DNA of 64,000 nt from Eledone cirrhosa (taxonomy: Eukaryota): the NCBI GenBank assembly GCA_964016885.1, contig OZ024745.1:15376001-15440000 (forward strand), read 5' to 3'. How positions within the stretch are numbered: position 1 is the first letter of the stretch; every line of letters begins with the position of its first letter. Positions 55,602 to 64,000 of this stretch are shown here, piece after piece. Position numbers and translations under genes: made by a program. The notes beneath the pieces were generated by a model. The model was not told the origin of the DNA. It did no database searches and was given only the letters and a program-made list of their open reading frames with translations.

Positions 55602-58419
55602 GCAAAAACAAATTTACAAGCCAATAAGAGCGCTTCTACATGTTCGTTTGACTTGTTAGAAATAGTTGCCACTGTGTTGCAATTGAGATGTGATCTGCCG
55701 CCATCTATTCTCCAACAGCAACCTGGGAGAACCAGCGTTAGTATCTTAGATACGAATGACCATGGGAATTGCACCTAGAAAGTTCCCTTCCGAGGCACAA
55801 AGTCCGGGGGAAAAATGTTTTAGTGAAAGACCAACAGTCGGCCATGCATACCACACTCTGTCCACGCCACCAATGTTGTCCAAAAGAAAGGCAAAAGCAG
55901 ATACAGCTTGGCACCCTCTTGGTAACTCATTTCTACATCTAAGTGAGCTGGAGCAACGTTAAATAAAGTGTATTTCACAAGGACACAGCCTCACCCAGGA
56001 ATCGAACTCACTACCGTACGATTGTAAGCCCAACGCTCAAGCCTCTAACCTATGCACGTTCTCTGAGACAAGGAATATACAATACGTTATTATAAAGAGA
56101 ATAAAAGCAGTGCAAACGTTATGACTTTAGAATTAGCAACATATTCCATGTAAATGCCAGGAAAAATAGCCAAAATATAAACACCTCCAACTTTTGATGA
56201 AAGATATATTAGACTATCAGAATATTAACTTCTATAACACAATACTAATGTTTTACATGAATCGTTTTATGAAAGGCACAGGGTCTAATAGTTAGGATAC
56301 TTAATGTAGCATCGTAATGTTGACTGTTCGATTGTTGATCAGGTTGCTTTATTTCACGTTGCTACAGTACACTCAGCTGAGAGTGAGTAAGAGGAGTATA
56401 ACTGTCCAGTGAGAGTTTTGTATTCTCAGTTGCTTGACGCCAATGAAACCGGCTTGACGGGGTTCCGGACTTACGTAGAACAGTATGATGGATCAGATAA
56501 ATAATCAAATCATCGTGCTCGTACATTGGGTGAATAAACTTTCTACAGCATTGGCTTTCACTGAAAGCTTCATCCTAGAAATCAGTTATTAAATCTAGAT
56601 ATAGATTATCTATGAGGGTTGTGATAGCAATGCATTATTGCAAAACTTAAATTAAAAACTTAAAAATTTAATAGATATTAAATATTTGTGACATAGAGAC
56701 CAATCTGTAAAAGCAAAAAACTTTTTCTTTCCTATCATAAAAGAATAAATTATTTCTCCTATGCTACGATATATATTCTATATTCAGATTCTAAATGCTC
56801 CTAATTTTCCATATCCATTTTCATCCATTCCAAATTCCTCTAAATATGTGAACAAGAAACTTGTTAGAAATTGTTTGAGCTTTAAGTGATCTCTTTGAAT
56901 TTCAATACTTTGTGTTATATTTTCATTGTCATTACTGCCTTGTTAATCAAAGAGGTTAAATACTTATTGCAAATAGTTAGTGAAATTTAGAGAGAAGTTT
57001 ATTACCCCACCTCTTTTGGCTTAGCTTTCTGAAGCAATCAAATCTTGAAACATAGAAATACTCCCGGATTCAAGTAGGTACCAGAGATCGGCGATACAAA
57101 TTAGCTCAGTTCACAGAAAATTAGTACTAGCGACAACTGTAGGTTAGTCTTGCCAAGGACTAGTGCTTTGTACTCTCAGTCGCTCAGTACTCACGAAACC
57201 AAGATAAACTCCGGACTTCACCTAGTCCGTGAAAGTTTGAGAAAACGGACGTAAAATGACAACTCTAACTCTGCCATAAAATACCCACGAGACAAGCAAG
57301 TAACATCTCTCGGAACTTTGAAACAAATCTTTCAATAATTCCTTCAGTCGCTAGAGAGCTCCAATTACTTTGAGGAGGAAGTAAGTGATCACTCACGGTA
57401 TCTGAAACGACGTCTATTCTAATTTTAGTCTAAATTTTGGCCGGCTGATTGCATCGTTCTTTATAAAAATAAAACGGTGCTACATAGAGAAGCAGATTTT
57501 ATCCAATAGTTCTTCACGTCACCTTTGTAATCTGCATCATTTATTGACTATATCTAATGTTCTTGCCTTCTTGGCTACAATAAAACCAACAATAAAACTA
57601 AAACATATTAAACAAAATCATATCGTTCTCGATTGATTAGTTTTAGATTCAATTGAAAGCGTTCTCTACAGGAATCTGGTGCAGTCTTACAAGGTGTCTA
57701 CCATTTTTACAGATCTAATCATAATTCTGTTACTGCTGAAGAGATTATTGACATTTTTTCGCCACGTTAGCAACGCTATTTAAATAGCATGTCAGATTCT
57801 TTTATTTTGAGGTGACCATAACAAATATTTTTGGGATGCCGCTGTTGTTGTTGTTGTTGCCGTTGTTGTTGTCATTGGTTTTAGGGTTATTACGATTAAC
57901 ATTAGGACGATTGTTATTGGTACTGATTCTACTGTTGTTGTTGTTGTTGGTATTAGAGTTAATGTTTTCATTAGAGCTATTATCATTGGCGTTGGGGCTA
58001 TTGCTGTTGCTTTTATGGTTATTGTTGTTGTTCACAGCATAGTTAGATGTTGTTGTCATTGTTGTTGTTGTTGATATTGACTTTAGAGCTATTGATGATA
58101 TTCCCATTAGGACTTTTGTTATGGTATTAGATTTATTATTGTTGACATTAGCGGTATTGTTGTTGACATTAGGGCTGCGTTCTGAGTTCAAACGGCCCCG
58201 AAGTTAACATTACCTTTCATTCTTAAAGGGGCTCAATAAAGTAAAATACCAGTAATGTATTTGGGTCGATTTAATCGCCATTCCTCTCCCCCGAAACATT
58301 TTTCGTCTTGTGTCTAAATCAGAAACCATTAAAACTATTATTGTTCCCATGAGGGCTTTTGTTGGTGATGCGATCGTCGCCAACATTACAGCTAGTGTTG
58401 TTGGTAACAGGGTAAATGT

Positions 58420-58590
58420 TTTTGACATGAAGATTATTTTGTTGACATGAGGGCTATTTTCTTGACATGAGGGCTATTTTCTTGACATGAGGGCTATTTT
58501 CTTGACATGAGAACTATTTTGTTCACTTGAAAACTATTTTGTTAGCATGAGGACTATTTTATTGACATGAGGACTATTTTTGTTGAAATC
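58420..58590. repeat. 20-bp minisatellite
   Basis: TTGACATGAGGGCTATTTTC units; related degenerate units at 57840-58180. Confidence 0.8.
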
Positions 58591-58755
58591 ATGGTTGTTG
58601 TTGGTGACAGCGTTATTGCCTTCTCGCAGCTGGTTAGTATATGTTGTTGTTGCTTTTCTTGGAGAACTGAAGCAGTGCTTAAATATTACCCAGAGTTTCC
58701 ATAAATATATAATTTCCACTGTAAGGAAGTTACAACAAAATATACTATCTCTCTT

Positions 58756-58946
58756 AAAGGGCGGTGGATTGGCAGTATCGGTAGAGGGTCGGACGCCATG
58801 CTTTTCAGCATAGTTACGTCCCTTTACGATCTGAGTTCAAATCCCGCCGAGGTTGACTTTGCCTTTCATCCTTACGGGGTCGATAAAATAAAGTACCAGT
58901 AATGAACTGGGTAATTGCTGGCCTTGTGCCTAAAGTAGAAACAATT
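58756..58946 (+). mobile_element. SINE family 1, well-preserved copy
   Basis: A box TGGCAGTATCGG, B box GAGTTCAAATCC, core TTTGCCTTTCATCCTTACGGGGTCGATAAAATAAAGTACCAGT. Confidence 0.85.
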
Positions 58947-59219
58947 ATCTCTCTTATTGGTATGATTCCCTCTAAAACATTTTGAAGAAAAAAACAGAGA
59001 TTGGCTGCATTCTAAAATATATCCAGATTTATTCGTGTAATCCAGGCAGCTGGAATAAGTTATTAAGCAGAATCAAAAGCCTTAAAGTTGCTAAGAAATA
59101 TCGATTTTTATTAATGGTTTAAGGTGGTTACAGAGAGGAAGTTTCTATTGATTTTCGCATTGTATATATTTCAAATATTTCTTAACATAGATTTGTGTTT
59201 GTGTGCGTTTATCTACCTA

Positions 59220-59289
<70 letters not shown>

Positions 59290-59900
59290 ATATATATATA
59301 TATAATCACGGCTATGTGCGTGTATGTGTGTAAGTGTATATGTAGTCCGAGTATAAAGTGTGTACGTGTACATGTGTGTATGTGTGCGTGTGTGTGTGAA
59401 TGTATGTGAATTTGCCTGTGTATATAAAGTATTTATCTATCATATGACGAAAATGTGACGTATGAAGTGTTTCTTTGTTATTTATACGTACAATTTTTAT
59501 TCAAAGAAGAAAAAAAACGAAGTAATTCTTTCTCTGATTATGTCAGAGAAAATATTTTGTTTTTCTATGGGAATTGGTCATCAACGTTAGGTTTCTGTTA
59601 TTAACCTTAGATCTACAAAGGAAATAGTCAAATATTTTTCTTGACTATGTCTCTCTTTTGTTAACTATAGATTTACAACAAATAGTCTTTTTTTTTCCTC
59701 TCAAATATTTACGTCCATTACAAGAAACCTCGCTAACAGCAACAAAGTACAAACACTAGCAAGCCTTATACTATGTCACTATCCAATATCTACTGGCAGT
59801 TTTCATATTATGTTATGTTGTTTCTTATTTCTTATAGAATTTTTATAAATAGTTTTTTTTTCTCTTTATTGAGACAGTATCATATGAAAGTTAATATTAG

Positions 59901-59956
<56 letters not shown>

Positions 59957-60046
59957 TGTGTGTGTGTTAGTGTGTGTATGTATATATATATATATACACA
60001 TATACATACACACACACGTACTCAAACACATTCACACACAGATATA

Positions 60047-60138
<92 letters not shown>

Positions 60139-60373
60139 TTGATTTTTTATAGTGACTGTTTATTTCGAAATTTCGCGGACACTAGCTTCTCAAAGAAGTA
60201 TGTATAAAAATGTAATATACTAGTAAAATAAATAAATAATAAAAAGAATTATTTATAAAATGATGATAAAATAGTAAACATGAATTCGGGTTAATATATG
60301 TGTGTGGGGATTGTGTATATATGTATGTATATATGTATGTATATATGTATGTATATATGTATATATATATGTC

Positions 60374-60438
<65 letters not shown>

Positions 60439-60536
60439 GGGGGGTTGTATTTTGCTTGAAGCATTGTGCGAATTACATACCTTCTTATTTATATATATAT
60501 ATACATATATATGTGTGTGTATATTTAGAGCGAGAG

Positions 60537-60540
<4 letters not shown>

Positions 60541-60606
<66 letters not shown>
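60541..60606. repeat. (GATA)n microsatellite
   Basis: Direct reading. Confidence 0.95.
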
Positions 60607-60942
60607 ACTATATATAAGTTTGCGAAAATATATGTGTAGAGATATTTTAATGTAAAGATGCTTATATATGTATATCTAAATATATAATCAAAAAAGTCTC
60701 ATCCTTTCACCACCTATGACGTCATCCTCCCAACTACACGTCCTACAATAACTACTTCACTAACTAAGTGTGTCTAAGACAGAGCGGTGGCTAGATGTGT
60801 TTTCTACCATATGAGTGTATTTTGAGGGGGTGGGGGGACTGCCTACTGTATCACTGCCAAGTAAGTTAACGTAAATATAGGTCAGCTGTTCATCAAGGGT
60901 TTTTTTTCTATCTGGTTTCTTGACCTGCTGGAAATAACAGTC

Positions 60943-61131
60943 AAATAATGGTTTCTGATTTAGGCACAAGGCCACCAATTTTGGGAGGAGGGGATAAATC
61001 GATTAAATCGCCTCCAGTGTATTACTGGTACTTCATTTTATCGACCCCGTAAGGATGAAAGGCAAAGCTAACCTCGGCGGGATTTGAACGCAGAATGTAA
61101 AGGGCCGTTACTCTCTGCTACAAAGCATGTT
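60943..61131 (-). mobile_element. SINE family 1
   Basis: Reverse complement of the family consensus. Confidence 0.8.
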
Positions 61132-61520
61132 GTATATTGAAGGGTTTAATAATATGTGCGAAAAAGAATTTATTAAAATGTATTATTAAAATAAAATATA
61201 TCAAGGAGATAAGATAATTAAGGTAAGGTTAAATGAATTATGAACTTAGAGGAATTAGTTAGGGACCAAGTTTGTTTCTATGTATTGTAATAGGAAAAAG
61301 TAAATAATATGTTTAATACGAGCACGGAAGGAGAGAAGAAAGTAGAAATTCAAGGAAGAAAAAAATATATAACGTAAAAAAAAAATATGTTTACAAAATT
61401 TACTAATGGTAATATTAGTATATATTAAAAATAAAAATTTGTATGGCCGAGAATATAAGGAAAATGCTATAGTGAGTTATAATATGAATTAAGAAGTAAT
61501 TGAAAAGTAAAAGTCGCAGA

Positions 61521-62978
61521 TTAAAGATTAGAAATTAAAAAAGAAAAACAGGATAAAAAAGAAGAAAAATAGGGGACCGCTAACGACATAGTATGAGTAA
61601 ATTGTATAATATAATGAAATAAGGTAGAAGGATGGGTATATTTGTAAAAGATATAAAAGTGTTTGAGAAAAGAAGATTTTAAACTAATTAGGTAGATATT
61701 AGCTGTACACTTTATTGAAAGTTCATGGGATTTATGCAAGCAGAGCGAAAATAAATCCGTACGGCTATTTATTATAGAATTAAAATTAGAGATAATGGTA
61801 AATTTCTCCGCTAGGCAGAGATTACATGTTCTGGATAGGAAAGAATTCAGGTAAGGAGAGGCGTTGCAAACCTTCCTCCAAGAAATGTTGTAGTTAATAT
61901 TTTTGTCTTTTAAGGACCATATGAGTTCTGAGAGTGCCGGGTTAGTTCTTTTAAGTTGGTATTTAAAAGAAGAATTGTGATTATAAAATCTTGCTTTAAA
62001 GGAAGTGGAGGTGGAACCAAAATAGGTAAAAGAATTAGTACCAGTTATAACCTTACATTCATACACTAAATTTTTATCAAGACATTGGTTACTAAGAGGA
62101 CATTTAGTTCTAACAGGGCAATTGCAATTACGATTAGAGAAATTACCAGGGTTATTAACAAGTGACCTAGTATTATTTATAGAACGAATTGGATTGGAGA
62201 AGTTATTTACGATAGGTGCTAAAGTTTCCTGATTTAGATTGGTGTTATGAACATTCGACAAAGTTACGTTTGACGTCGTATTTAAATTTACGGAATCTAG
62301 CCTAGAGTTAACATTGACGTCGGGTTTACTATTGCTATTATTATGACGCTCAGTGTTGGATGGATATAATTTATTACTTAATATTTTATTATTATGTTTA
62401 GAGATAATGTTAGAGATGTTGGAAGTGGTGGAATAAGAGAATTTAATTGTATGTTTATTAAATATCTTACTATAAATATGCGAGGGAGAGGAGTATTTAT
62501 TTAAGGCCCTAAAAAATAATTTAGGAATATTACTAATAATAGATAGAGAAAAAGGAGCGTTGTACCAAATCATATTTTTATATCTAGGTCTTTTCTTTAT
62601 GTTATTGGAATGCTTATAACTAACTATATTACTATAAGTCCCTCGATGATTGGTTTCTTTACTGTATTTAACTTTGTCAGGATAACCGGCTCTGGAAAGC
62701 GCATTATTGTAATAATTGGCTTTAGCGTCAAAGATAACTTTATTAGAAGATAGATTTGAGATTCTTTTTTCAACATTACTGACTATAGCATTTTTAACGT
62801 TAATAGGGCGGTTAGATTTAAAATTAACATAATTTAGATTCTCATTGTCTTTATGGTAAGGGTAATATAAGCCGGTGTCAAGATTAAGGGATATATCCAG
62901 GAAGTTAGCTATTTTGACGTTGTTTTCAAATTCAATTTTTAGGTTAAGGTGCTTAAATAGATCAAGTATATTATTCAT
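61521..62978 (-). pseudogene. 5'-truncated PLE ORF (RT C-terminus/thumb, Asn-rich linker, GIY-YIG)
   Basis: ANFLDISLNL...YPYHK...YVN..SN.P; RISNLSS...YNNALSRAGY; WYNAPFS; CNC....CPL...C; LVYEC...YFGSTSTSFKARFYNH; CNLCLAEK. The 5' end is cut at (TA)n, and the last ~65 codons look like read-through. Confidence 0.9.
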
Positions 62979-63044
62979 ATATATATATATAGTATATTAT
63001 TCATATATATATATATATATATATATACAGACACAGACACAGAT

Positions 63045-63088
<44 letters not shown>

Positions 63089-63095
<7 letters not shown>

Positions 63096-63212
63096 AGAAA
63101 AAAAGATAATCAGTGTTGGGACGCATGGAATTTATTGGACATATTACAAACGATTGTAATATGTCCAATAAATTCCATTCGTCGCAACACTGAATCTCTT
63201 TTTTCTGTGATA
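63089..63212. repeat. ~58-bp-arm fold-back inside a short element between (TA)n tracts
   Basis: ATCACAGAAAAAA...GGACATATTACAA acga TTGTAATATGTCC...TTTTCTGTGAT. Confidence 0.85.
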
Positions 63213-63294
63213 TCATACTCTGCTCTATGAGAGCATCGAGTGCTCAAATGGCCTACCGCGTACGGACGCTTTAAGCATCCAACACCAATTATAT

Positions 63295-63354
<60 letters not shown>

Positions 63355-63361
63355 ATGTATG

Positions 63362-63446
<85 letters not shown>

Positions 63447-63451
<5 letters not shown>

Positions 63452-64000
63452 CAGGTAGATATTTAAATTATTTTTTAATTTATTTAAAGGATTTTTTAAT
63501 GTTTGTTTGTTCTGCTCATCAATTTTTATAGTTCTGGTATCTCTAATTAGTACCATGGAACAACAATTATATTATAGACACCCTATATATCTCAATGTGT
63601 ACTTAGTACTCACTGAGATATTTACCTCATTTTTATACATTCTCCAATCTATGTAGAGAAAAAAATTCGTTGTTGCTTACTGCTATTTTTTTAGCAGCCA
63701 AACCATCAACAAGTCTGTAATATTCCCGCTTGCTCTAGTGACCAGGTCACGTATGGGTCACTTTAACGGCTATAACTCATACGAGCTGGTAGTTAGCATT
63801 ATATTTGCGGACCATGGGACATATGTCCTATAAAAAGGAAAGAGCTATCTGATGAAATCTACTTTCCGTTGGAAATTCTCTGAATTTCCAATCTTTTGTG
63901 GATGGAAACCGCCGGTAACAGCATTATGAACAGGTAGATATTTAAATTATTTTTTAATTTATTTAAAGGATTGTTTAATGTTTGTTTGTTCTGCTCATCA
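63447..64000 (+). mobile_element. tandem retrozyme-like element (family K, 479-nt period), runs off the window
   Basis: ATGAACAGGTAGATATTTAAATT... at 63447 and 63926, with an HHR immediately before the second unit. Confidence 0.8.
63844..63922 (+). ncRNA. type I hammerhead (family K)
   Basis: GCTAT-CTGATGA-AATCTAC[TTGGAAATTC tct GAATTTCCAA]GTGGATG-GAAAC-CGCCG-GTA-ACAGC. Confidence 0.75.

Noticed and set aside
57802-58191. Asn-rich 129-aa ORF and TTAGGG-like motifs
   Set aside because: A degenerate (GTT)n-rich minisatellite; not a telomeric array or a gene.

Overview
AT-rich, microsatellite-laden eukaryotic DNA, intergenic or intronic. The tRNA-derived SINE families and (TA)n/(CA)n density suggest a cephalopod such as Octopus, but this is inference. 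No host gene could be supported, and almost all listed ORFs are microsatellite artefacts. Recognisable coding remnants are all transposon-derived: five Penelope-like (PLE) RT/GIY-YIG fragments, an internally deleted mariner, a Chapaev-like remnant, and RTE and Dong/R4-type LINE fragments. The main unannotated signal, read by eye on both strands, is a dense set of type I hammerhead ribozyme (HHR) motifs: about 20 copies in about 11 sequence-distinct families. Nearly all lie in short non-coding elements embedded in (TA)n tracts. These elements are tandem or partial-tandem 'retrozyme'-like units (421, 483, 479 and 319 nt) or fold-back (inverted) PLE pseudo-LTRs. Several HHRs are non-canonical: a multibranched stem II with covariation and a possible pseudoknot, a recurrent U.U pair closing stem II, and U3-A8 core variants. 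Structures were folded by hand and no activity is demonstrated. Repeat boundaries are approximate.
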